Origin: a virus
Taxonomy: Duplodnaviria > Caudoviricetes
IMG/VR virus record: IMGVR_UViG_3300049140_000091
Coordinates: 1 to 34,050 of that record
Strand: one strand, 5' to 3'
Length of the DNA: 34,050 nucleotides
A model generated the notes under the pieces. The model was not told the origin of the DNA. It searched no databases and saw only the letters and a program-made list of their open reading frames with translations. The translations under genes and the position numbers were made by a program. This document shows, one piece after another, positions 7,051-14,336 of this stretch; position 1 is the first letter of the stretch; the number at the start of each line of letters is the position of its first letter.

Positions 7051-7899
7051 CTACCTCAGGTCCAGAGAGGCCCTCGCCCGGCCGATCAGATGCCGCGCCG
7101 GCGCCCCGTACTCCGCGGACTCAGCGAGCCAGTCCCACGCCCGTTCGTACAGCTCAATGTCCTCGTCCCCCGTGAGCCACAGTTCCTCGCTGATCGTCTC
7201 GACGATGACCAACCGGCGGTCGTAGATCCAGAAGGCGTGCGGCGCGGTACGCCGCATCTGGGTCCCGAAGGGCAGGATGCCAAGCTCCACACGACGTTGG
7301 CCGACGAGCCCGTACAGCCGGTCCAGTTGCTCGGCCATCACGTCGACCGGGCACGAGCGGTGGTACAGCGCGGCCTCGCACAGGAGGAAGCGGAACGTCT
7401 TACCCGGGTCGTACAGCGCCTCCTGGCGGCGCATGCGGGCCTCGACCGCGTCCTCCGTCGTCGGCGGGATGCTGCGGAACTCGGCGTTGGCTTCGAAGAT
7501 GGCTCGGGCGTATTCCTGGGTCTGGAACAGCCCCGGGACCCGTGACACCTCCAGTCCGCGGATGGTCTTCGTGGCGTCGGTCTGTTGGACGGCAATCTCC
7601 TGGCGGCCGCGGTGACCGCCGGCCAGCTGCCGCCGCCACGATCGCCGCGGCTGCTTCATGTTCAATGCGGCCAGCAGGCCGTGCAGTTCGCCCTCGACAT
7701 CCGGCCGGTCGACCGCATGCGCCCAGGCAGTCAGGTCCTCGCGGGTCGCCGTCTGCTTCCCGTTCTGAAGCCGGGACACCTTCGACGGCGGCCAGCCGAC
7801 TCTGACCGCCAGGTCTTTGCCCTCGAGGCCGGCATCAAGGCGCAACTCGCGCAGACGCACACCGAGGGCTTGCCGAGCCGTTTCGAAGTCGGTCGTCAC
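7051..7899 (-). CDS. XRE HTH + DUF5753-like regulator (WhiJ/Scr1-like, 282 aa)
   Basis: N-terminal HTH LRELRLDAGLEGKDLAVRVGWPPSKVSRLQNG; C-terminal VPGLFQTQEYARA, RMRRQEAL, CEAAL and MAEQLDRL motifs. GTG at 7899 overlaps the upstream TGA. Confidence 0.88.
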   Translation of the reverse strand: MTTDFETARQALGVRLRELRLDAGLEGKDLAVRVGWPPSKVSRLQNGKQTATREDLTAWAHAVDRPDVEGELHGLLAALNMKQPRRSWRRQLAGGHRGRQEIAVQQTDATKTIRGLEVSRVPGLFQTQEYARAIFEANAEFRSIPPTTEDAVEARMRRQEALYDPGKTFRFLLCEAALYHRSCPVDVMAEQLDRLYGLVGQRRVELGILPFGTQMRRTAPHAFWIYDRRLVIVETISEELWLTGDEDIELYERAWDWLAESAEYGAPARHLIGRARASLDLR

Positions 7900-8636
7900 A
7901 TGGTGGAACGTACCCGCCTGGAGAACTCTTCGGTACGTACGGCGTGATGCCACGCAGCATCGCGGACCTGGCACGCGGCCAGGACCTCGGCCGGGTCCTC
8001 GGTGACGTACACCCCGAGCGTGGTGTCCTCCTCGTCGAACGCGAACCGAGCCAGGATCTTGGAGTCGAAGAGCCAGAAGTCGTAGTCCGGCAGCCGCAGC
8101 TCCTCCGCCTGGGCGCGGGTCAGGTACCGGATGTCCTCCCCAGCCGCCACGTTGCTCGGCGCCCGGGTCAGCAGGAACCGCTGCCCCTCGGTAGCGGGCT
8201 CGTCGACCAGACGGACGCGCCCGAATCGCTTACCCTGCGCGGTCTGCTCCTCGACATTCAACCGCCACGCGTTGGCCGGCTCCTGCGTGATGTCCTCCCC
8301 GCCCAGGAACCGCGGCCACAGTGGCGACTTGCGGTCGGAGGCGTAGCCGCGACGAGTCTCCAGCCGCCACGCCGTGTGGCGGAACTCCCGGAACAGATGA
8401 GAGATCGAAGCGAACGGCTGCAGCTCAGGGGGATCCTCGCGCGGCGCGAAGCGGGTGAGCAGGGTGCGTGGGACACGGACGAAGGTCTCGGACTCCTTCA
8501 CGTCCCGCAACGCGGCCAGGTGAGCTGGGTCGGTCTCGCGGTCGCCCTGGACGAGGATCTCTTGAGTGCCCTCGATCTCGTACAGGGTGGGGCAGTCGCC
8601 GTCGTCGCTGGTCGTACCGATGAACCGAAGCGTCAT
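7896..8636 (-). CDS. DUF6879-like protein with a fused small N-terminal domain (246 aa)
   Basis: FRHTAWRLETRRGY, RVRLVDEP, AGEDIRYL, LPDYDFWLFD and RDAAWHHA match the DUF6879 pattern as recalled. The N-terminal ~62 aa (LRFIGTTSDDGDCPTLY...VQG...VRVPR) look like a separate small domain. GGAGGG RBS. Confidence 0.8.
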   Translation of the reverse strand: MTLRFIGTTSDDGDCPTLYEIEGTQEILVQGDRETDPAHLAALRDVKESETFVRVPRTLLTRFAPREDPPELQPFASISHLFREFRHTAWRLETRRGYASDRKSPLWPRFLGGEDITQEPANAWRLNVEEQTAQGKRFGRVRLVDEPATEGQRFLLTRAPSNVAAGEDIRYLTRAQAEELRLPDYDFWLFDSKILARFAFDEEDTTLGVYVTEDPAEVLAACQVRDAAWHHAVRTEEFSRRVRSTM

Positions 8637-8699
8637 GTTGCCCTCCGTCTGCGGTGGTTGGAGATCCAGAATGCGCGTGATGGCTCAGACGCGCCCGGC

Positions 8700-8749
8700 G
8701 ATTGCGCAGGATTGCTCATCCTGCTCGGGAACTACGGATTGCGCGCAAG
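8700..8749. promoter_or_regulatory. Second ATTGC repeat cluster with the palindrome TTGCGCGCAA
   Basis: ATTGCGCA at 8701, ATTGC at 8711, ATTGCGCGCAAG at 8738-8749; same core as 7005-7016. Confidence 0.6.
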
Positions 8750-8776
8750 GGGGCGGATGGATTCTGTCGTGCTCGA

Positions 8777-8798
8777 TGTCGGCCCGGGCTCGTACGCT
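8777..8798 (+). promoter_or_regulatory. RecA-NDp/PafBC-type promoter motif TGTCGG-N10-TA-N3-T
   Basis: TGTCGG CCCGGGCTCG TA CGC T; the ATG follows 6 nt after the -10 hexamer (leaderless geometry). Confidence 0.65.
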
Positions 8799-8804
8799 TG
8801 CTCC

Positions 8805-8999
8805 ATGTCCCTCGACCTCTCGTGCCGTGGTTCCGTGCGGTCTGCGGCCGACCTCAACGAGCGGATCCGCGTCCTCATGCGCGGCGCCGGCGGCTACCTC
8901 CGACCCCACGAACGCCACGAATACCAGCAGCTCGTCACCGCCTGGGCCATCGCCGACGCAGCCGAACGACGACGACACCAACTGGCGACTGCAGCCTGA
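8805..8999 (+). CDS. Small helical hypothetical protein (64 aa)
   Basis: MSLDLSCRGSVRSAADLNERIRVLMRGAGGYL...YQQLVTAWA; promoter motif directly upstream and strong hairpin directly downstream. Confidence 0.7.
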   Translation: MSLDLSCRGSVRSAADLNERIRVLMRGAGGYLRPHERHEYQQLVTAWAIADAAERRRHQLATAA

Positions 9000-9023
9000 C
9001 CGACCAACACCCGGACACGACGA

Positions 9024-9059
9024 AGTGGCCCCGCCCTCCCGAAGGAGGGCGGGGCCACT
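9024..9059. terminator. Bidirectional hairpin terminator ending the late operon
   Basis: Perfect 16-bp stem AGTGGCCCCGCCCTCC-CGAA-GGAGGGCGGGGCCACT between convergent genes. Confidence 0.85.
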
Positions 9060-9066
9060 GTGCTGT

Positions 9067-9762
9067 TCACGCGAATCGTCTTCGGGGCTCGAGGCCCGCT
9101 GCTAGCGGCGAGTCCGGCTGGGTATCGCTCCCGCCATCACGGCGGCACACGAGTGCGTCCTCGTCCCAGCTCGGTGTCTGCAGGCTGTATCCGTCCGGGC
9201 AGGTCTGCCCATCCCGGCCCGGCTCACCAGCAGGCCCCCGCTCACCCTGCTCACCCGCCGGACCGGCCGGGCCCGGCTCACCCTGAGGACCCGTCGGACC
9301 AGCCGGACCTGCAGGACCCTGAACGCCAGGCTCACCCGCCGTGCCATCCTCTCCGGCACTCCCATCCACGCCGTCCTGGCCGTCCCGGCCGGGCGGACCA
9401 GTCGGCCCCGGCGATCCAGGCCGGCCTTGCTCGCCCTGCTCGCCCGGAGCCCCGCTCGGCCCAGGAATCGGGACCGGCACCTCGGCCCGCGCAGGCAGAT
9501 CATCCACGGCCTCAGACGGATCCGGCGCCACCGGCTCCTCGCCCTCGCCCTTCACCTGCGTGCGCAGCTCCCTGACGTCAGACGCCAGCGTCGACACGGC
9601 CTGACCGCGCCGATCCGCCTCAACCGCCAGCTGGTCGGCGCGGCTGGTCTCGGCGTCGATACGCCCCCAGATGATGACGACCGCACCCGACAGCGCGATC
9701 AGCCAACACAGCAGGGCGATCGGCCGCCACCGCCGTGCAAGGGCCTGCTCGGTGCGGGTCAC
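9067..9762 (-). CDS. Membrane-anchored collagen-like protein in the lysis cassette
   Basis: N-terminal TM helix, coiled-coil-like segment, 29 uninterrupted G-X-Y triplets (9202-9462), then C-x17-C. Confidence 0.85.
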   Translation of the reverse strand: MTRTEQALARRWRPIALLCWLIALSGAVVIIWGRIDAETSRADQLAVEADRRGQAVSTLASDVRELRTQVKGEGEEPVAPDPSEAVDDLPARAEVPVPIPGPSGAPGEQGEQGRPGSPGPTGPPGRDGQDGVDGSAGEDGTAGEPGVQGPAGPAGPTGPQGEPGPAGPAGEQGERGPAGEPGRDGQTCPDGYSLQTPSWDEDALVCRRDGGSDTQPDSPLAAGLEPRRRFA

Positions 9763-10058
9763 GGTTGGCCTCCGAGTTGGATGACGAGGGCGCTGAGCCG
9801 AGCGATCTCGGCCTGGTCCGCAGAACGTTGCGCGGCGAACTGGGCCTGCGCCACCGCATGCTGCGCGGCGAGCTCGGCGCGCTCGGCCTTCAACTGAGCG
9901 CGCTCCGCCTTCAGCTCAGCGCGTTCTTCCTGCAGGTCGTTGGTGAGGTTGCTGTAGCCGGTCAGGGCGTTCTCGCCCCTCTTCCCCAGGTACGCCACCA
10001 GGCCGCCGACGACCGCTCCCACGCCCACGAGCAGGCTGCCGATGGTGGTGGCGTCCAA
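9759..10058 (-). CDS. Membrane protein with coiled coil (holin-like / lysis accessory)
   Basis: One N-terminal TM helix ([20 protein letters not shown]) and heptad repeats [21 protein letters not shown]. Confidence 0.75.
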   Translation of the reverse strand: MDATTIGSLLVGVGAVVGGLVAYLGKRGENALTGYSNLTNDLQEERAELKAERAQLKAERAELAAQHAVAQAQFAAQRSADQAEIARLSALVIQLGGQP

Positions 10059-10070
10059 GGGTGACTCTCC

Positions 10071-10322
10071 TTACGGCAGGGGGCGCGGGCTATGCGCGGT
10101 GACGACGGTCTCCGTCAGCCCCGGCCCGGTCGTGCTACCGCCGCTCGCGACGATCGCGGTGAGCAGCGCGGCCACGGCCGCCAGGCCGCCGATGGAGAAC
10201 GCGTCGCCCCAGTCGACGTCGACCAGGCCGAGGCCGTCCCCGCCGAGCAGAGCGACGACGGCCTGGGCGAACGTGCGGATCATCCGCTCGAACGTGGCCT
10301 TCCAGAAAGCGCCAGTGAACAT
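10071..10322 (-). CDS. Holin (r1t-like)
   Basis: FWKATFERMIRTFAQA...VDW...AALLTAI, two TM segments, downstream of the endolysin; GGAGGGAG RBS. Confidence 0.85.
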   Translation of the reverse strand: MFTGAFWKATFERMIRTFAQAVVALLGGDGLGLVDVDWGDAFSIGGLAAVAALLTAIVASGGSTTGPGLTETVVTAHSPRPLP

Positions 10323-10419
10323 GGGTCTCCCTCCACAGGGCAGGCCAGAGAGCAGCTCTGACCTGGGGTTTCATAGAGCGCGTAATGAAATCGCACGGAG
10401 AATTAAGGGCCGGGCCGTC

Positions 10420-10518
10420 CTACAGGCGGCAGATGCCGGCCATCACGCGGTACAGGTGGCCGGGCCCCAGCCGCAGGCAGCAGCAGCCCGGACACACCAG
10501 CCGCTCGAACAGCCTCAT
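10420..10518 (-). CDS. Putative 32-aa Cys-rich peptide
   Basis: ATG overlaps the endolysin TGA (ATGA); MRLFERLVCPGCCCLRLGPGHLYRVMAGICRL; GC-rich third codon positions. Confidence 0.5.
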   Translation of the reverse strand: MRLFERLVCPGCCCLRLGPGHLYRVMAGICRL

Positions 10519-11291
10519 TTCGCCGGCAGCTTCAGCTTCTGCCCGGGCGTGAGGACGTCGCTCTTCAGCCCGTTCACGTCGACGATCTCGGTGTAGCGGG
10601 AGCCGTTGCCGAGCTGCTGCTTCGCGATGGACCACAGGGTGTCGCCGGAGCGGACCGTGTACTCGCGCGTCCCAGCCGGATTCCAGGAAGCCTTGTGCTT
10701 CAGCCGCGCCGTGATGCGGGCCCTGATGTCCTGCCAGTCGAGTCCGCGCGGGTCGCTCTTGCCGCGCTGCCAGTCGAGGTGGCGGATGACGCTGGGGACC
10801 GTCCACCCGTGGTACCGGCACAGCGCCGCGCCGACCCGGACGATGGCCTCGGCCTGCTTGTCGGGCCAGGGATCCTGGCCGTCGCCGAGGTTCTCGCACT
10901 CGAACCCGTAGAAGTGGCGGTTGCCGTCGGTGTTGGTCTCGTTCGGCGCGGGCAGCGCCGCCTTCTCCGCAATCACCGCCTTCAGGACGTCGTCGTCACC
11001 GAGGCCGGCGTGATTGGTCCGGCCGTAGCCGACCAGGTGGACGCGTCCGGCCTTGGTGATGACGCCATGGCACAAGGGCCCGGGCAGGCCCGCGTATCCG
11101 TCGCGGCAGATCCGCACCGTCTTGTCGCTGCCGGAGGTGACGGTGTGGTGGATCATCACCCCGTGCACGGGACCCCAGGGCCCCTTGTGGTTGCGGTTGT
11201 GGGTCTTCCAGTCGTCTTCCTCGACGACCGTGACACCCTCAGCTCTCAGCGCGGCGAGGAACGCCGCGGCACTCGCGGGCTTGGCCATCAC
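10515..11291 (-). CDS. Endolysin: N-acetylmuramoyl-L-alanine amidase (Amidase_2) + LysM
   Basis: MIHHT, NHAG, GFECEN and RH...KSDP zinc-amidase motifs; C-terminal YTVRSGDTLWSIA...NGL...LTPGQKLKLP LysM. Confidence 0.92.
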   Translation of the reverse strand: MMAKPASAAAFLAALRAEGVTVVEEDDWKTHNRNHKGPWGPVHGVMIHHTVTSGSDKTVRICRDGYAGLPGPLCHGVITKAGRVHLVGYGRTNHAGLGDDDVLKAVIAEKAALPAPNETNTDGNRHFYGFECENLGDGQDPWPDKQAEAIVRVGAALCRYHGWTVPSVIRHLDWQRGKSDPRGLDWQDIRARITARLKHKASWNPAGTREYTVRSGDTLWSIAKQQLGNGSRYTEIVDVNGLKSDVLTPGQKLKLPAK

Positions 11292-11809
11292 ACACGCTCC
11301 GGCCAGGCCCAGTACGACGGCCCGTCACCCAGCTGCCGCGAGGTGGCCCAGAACTCGTCGTTGCCGTCGAGGAGCACCTTCAGGTTGGCCGTGGTGGACC
11401 GGGGGTCGAAGATCCGCACGATCACCGCGGGGTAGACATCGCCCTCCTGGGCGTGGTTGCCGACGTGCCCCACGAAGCCGGTCCCCGGGTGGAGTGCGCC
11501 GTTGTCGTGGAAGTCCTTGCGGAGCCGGTTGATCTGAGCTGCGTCCTGCTCGCTCAGCGTGTAGTGGACGGTGCGCCCGATGCTCGGCCGCGGCGGCGCC
11601 GACTGCTCGCTCCGCACCGCCTTCTCAGTGGGCTCCTCGATGACGGCCTGGGCGACGGCGGCGGCCGCCGCGATCCACGCCTGCTGAACCGAGTCGCCGA
11701 GCTCGGCCCAGTCGGGCATCGGCCGGTCGTCATGGGTGCGGTAGTTGGTGGACTCGCCGTACGCCGCGTACGCGACCTTGGCGAGCTCCATGGTGGAGGG
11801 ATGGGACAT
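11288..11809 (-). CDS. Hypothetical two-domain phage protein (173 aa)
   Basis: AGGAG RBS; helical N-terminal part (AYAAYG...MPDWAEL...QAW) and beta-rich C-terminal part (PSIGRTVHY...YPAVIVR...WAWPERV). Confidence 0.75.
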   Translation of the reverse strand: MSHPSTMELAKVAYAAYGESTNYRTHDDRPMPDWAELGDSVQQAWIAAAAAVAQAVIEEPTEKAVRSEQSAPPRPSIGRTVHYTLSEQDAAQINRLRKDFHDNGALHPGTGFVGHVGNHAQEGDVYPAVIVRIFDPRSTTANLKVLLDGNDEFWATSRQLGDGPSYWAWPERV

Positions 11810-11882
11810 GAAGGACTCCTGAGATGACGAAGGCCCCGGCCATGGGCGCGGGGCGGCGGGGAGTTGAAGGGCTGGGGGCTGG

Positions 11883-14321
11883 TCAGGCTTCGCGGTACCA
11901 GCCGGTGATGGTGACGATGGCGCCGGCGAGCAGGTGGGCGCCTTGGATGTTGAGGAGCCGGTTGTCGGTGGTGGCGTCGCCGGAGGCGGCGACCTGGTTG
12001 CGGAGCCGGTCGATCGTGGCGCCCGATCCGGTCGACAGGATGACCGCGGATCCCTTGGTGGACTGGCTGGCCACCCTGACGCTCTCGCAGGTCAGGTCCA
12101 GGGTCTGCTGGATCGTGCGTGCGGGGGTACTGGGCAGGCTGACGGCGACGGTGCTGGTGCCGGACCCGGCGGCGTTGACGACGAGCCCGATGTTCACCCA
12201 CACCAGCTTGCCCACCTTCTGGTAGTCGGCGGTCTGTGTGGTGAAGGTGGCACTGCCGCCGTTGGTGACGGTGGGCGTGTAGGTGAGGATCGCGCTGTCG
12301 AGCGGGTTGAGGTCCGGGGTGGTCGACTGGTCGTCGATCGGCCCCGTCGTCCCCGACCCGGTGAGGTCGTTGCCGTAGCGGCGGATGTTGGTGCAGGTGT
12401 TGGTGATGCTCAGGCCGTAGGCGGCGTCCGCGCCGGAGCCGAGCGTGCGCACCTTGTTCCCCGCCAGGAGGATCCCGTCGGCGGAGGTCGTGATCCGGAT
12501 GCCGAAGGAGCCGGCCGTCCTCGAGGCGCCCTTGATGTAGTTGTCCTCGACCTGGACGTCGGATCCGCCCTGCAGGTGGATGCCGTGGCTGGACGGTTCC
12601 CGGATCGTGTTCCCGGTGATCTGCGTGCCCGTCGCGGGCGCGGCCGCGATACCGGAGCCGCCGGGCTGGTAGATCCGGTTCCCGGTCACGGCCAGGCCGA
12701 CCGCGTTGACCATGCTGATGCCGGAGCCGTTCGTGGCGCGGATCGTGTTCCCGGTGGCCGTGCACTGCTCGGCGTATTCCAGCCGCACACCGGCGGTGGA
12801 CGTCGTCGTCGTGTCGACAGTGTTGCCGGCCACGTTGACGCCGGTCAGCTTGCCCGTCGCTTCGCCGCGGATGAGGATCGCGTCGTCGTAGCCGGTCAGA
12901 CTGCGGAACGTGTTGCCGATGACCTCGCCGCCGCGGGTCTCTTGGCTGGCGCTGGTCTGCACCCCGGAGGCGTTGGTGGTGGCGTTCGCGTCCGTGGTGT
13001 CGTTGGTCCACAGCCGGAAGCCGGCGCCCTGGCCCACGATGGTGTTGCCCTGGATGAGGCAGTCCTGCCAGGCGTAGGCGCCGACCGCGTACTGGGCGCC
13101 GCCCTCGATCGTGCAGCCGAGGACCTTCACGCGCTTGTGCCAGCGGTCGATCGTCGCGGCATGGCTGCCGATGCCGCGCGGCCACGCGACGGTGCCGGCC
13201 GTGCCGGACGCTCCGATGTAGCAGCGCTGGACGGTGATGTCCTCGCAGGCCGTGTTGTCGTAGGGGCCGAACCCTCCGAACACCGAGGCCGCCTTGGCGA
13301 GGTCGACCTGGACGGCCTCGGAGAACGAGCGGCCGCCGGGGTCGATGTAGCCGCGGAACCGGCAGTTGTCGACGAGGGCGTCCTTCGTCGAGTTCAGCTC
13401 GATCGCGTGATACCCCGGCACATCGCGCACCTCGAGATCGCGGATGGTGACGTTGCGGGCGTGCCCGATCGAGATGCACATCGCCGACCCGGTCAGGCCG
13501 CTGGTGGTACCGCGCATGTTCCACAGGCCGCCCTCGATGATGATGTCGCCGTGGCCGGTGTAGCCGCCGAGGCTTTGGTCGGCGTCGCCGTTGAGGAGCA
13601 TCGTCCCGGCGTAGTTCCGCCGGAGCTCGGCGCCAGGCATGAGGGTGAGCCGGGTGTTGCGGTAGATCCTGAGGATTTCGCCGAGCAGGTAGGTGCCGGA
13701 CGGCACGAGGACCCAGCCGCCGCCGGCCGCGAACGCGTCGTTGAGCGCGTCCTGGATGAACGGGGCGTCGTTGCCGGTCCCGTTGCCGAGTGCCCCGTAT
13801 ACGCGCGGGTTGTAGATCCGCATGCCGGACAGCTGCAGGTTCTCCGGGGTGAACGTTCCGTCCACGGTGAGGTCGCCCTCGACGTCCAGGCCGTCGAGGG
13901 TGGCGCCGCCGGTGACGGCGAGCCCGTCCTCGACACTCAGGCCGGCCTCGAAGGCGGTGGCGCCCTGAACGGTGCCCCCGTCCGCCTTGGACAGGGCGTT
14001 CGCCGCCGCGCTGGCGGCCTCTTGGGCGAGTTCGCGGGCGGCCTGGTACCAGCGGACCGGGGTCCCGCCGGGGCCGTTGTAGGCGTACTCGATCGCGGTG
14101 ACGTCGTCGGTCTTGAAGGCGCGGATCGCGCCGGGCGTGGGCGAACCGGAGCCGTTGCTGCGAAGCTCGGCGATGGGGGTAGTGCCGTCGACCTCGTAGA
14201 GGGCGGACACGAGCTCTTCGGTCCCGGCCCGGTAGACCAGGACCTGGAAGTCGGGGACGACGTTTCCGGCAGTGTCCTGGAGGACGTCGGCCGGGCTGCC
14301 GCCGAAGGTGTAGAGCGTCAC
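11883..14321 (-). CDS. Tailspike/tail fibre with right-handed beta-helix (pectin-lyase-like, putative depolymerase)
   Basis: YNPRVYGALGNGTGNDAPFIQDAL...GGGWVLVPSGTY cap motif followed by many (I/V)xGN(T/R)(I/V) repeats; last gene of the tail module. Confidence 0.85.
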   Translation of the reverse strand: MTLYTFGGSPADVLQDTAGNVVPDFQVLVYRAGTEELVSALYEVDGTTPIAELRSNGSGSPTPGAIRAFKTDDVTAIEYAYNGPGGTPVRWYQAARELAQEAASAAANALSKADGGTVQGATAFEAGLSVEDGLAVTGGATLDGLDVEGDLTVDGTFTPENLQLSGMRIYNPRVYGALGNGTGNDAPFIQDALNDAFAAGGGWVLVPSGTYLLGEILRIYRNTRLTLMPGAELRRNYAGTMLLNGDADQSLGGYTGHGDIIIEGGLWNMRGTTSGLTGSAMCISIGHARNVTIRDLEVRDVPGYHAIELNSTKDALVDNCRFRGYIDPGGRSFSEAVQVDLAKAASVFGGFGPYDNTACEDITVQRCYIGASGTAGTVAWPRGIGSHAATIDRWHKRVKVLGCTIEGGAQYAVGAYAWQDCLIQGNTIVGQGAGFRLWTNDTTDANATTNASGVQTSASQETRGGEVIGNTFRSLTGYDDAILIRGEATGKLTGVNVAGNTVDTTTTSTAGVRLEYAEQCTATGNTIRATNGSGISMVNAVGLAVTGNRIYQPGGSGIAAAPATGTQITGNTIREPSSHGIHLQGGSDVQVEDNYIKGASRTAGSFGIRITTSADGILLAGNKVRTLGSGADAAYGLSITNTCTNIRRYGNDLTGSGTTGPIDDQSTTPDLNPLDSAILTYTPTVTNGGSATFTTQTADYQKVGKLVWVNIGLVVNAAGSGTSTVAVSLPSTPARTIQQTLDLTCESVRVASQSTKGSAVILSTGSGATIDRLRNQVAASGDATTDNRLLNIQGAHLLAGAIVTITGWYREA

Positions 14322-14336
14322 AGGGTGCAGGCCTCC

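Noticed and set aside
7944-8804. 351-aa plus-strand ORF 7944..8999 as a single gene
   Set aside because: Most of it is antisense to the DUF6879-like gene. Only the last 64 codons have a promoter and protein-like sequence.
9202-9462. Nucleotide repeats in the collagen region as a DGR or VNTR
   Set aside because: Explained by G-X-Y coding. No reverse transcriptase or adenine-variant template/variable repeat pair was seen in the window.
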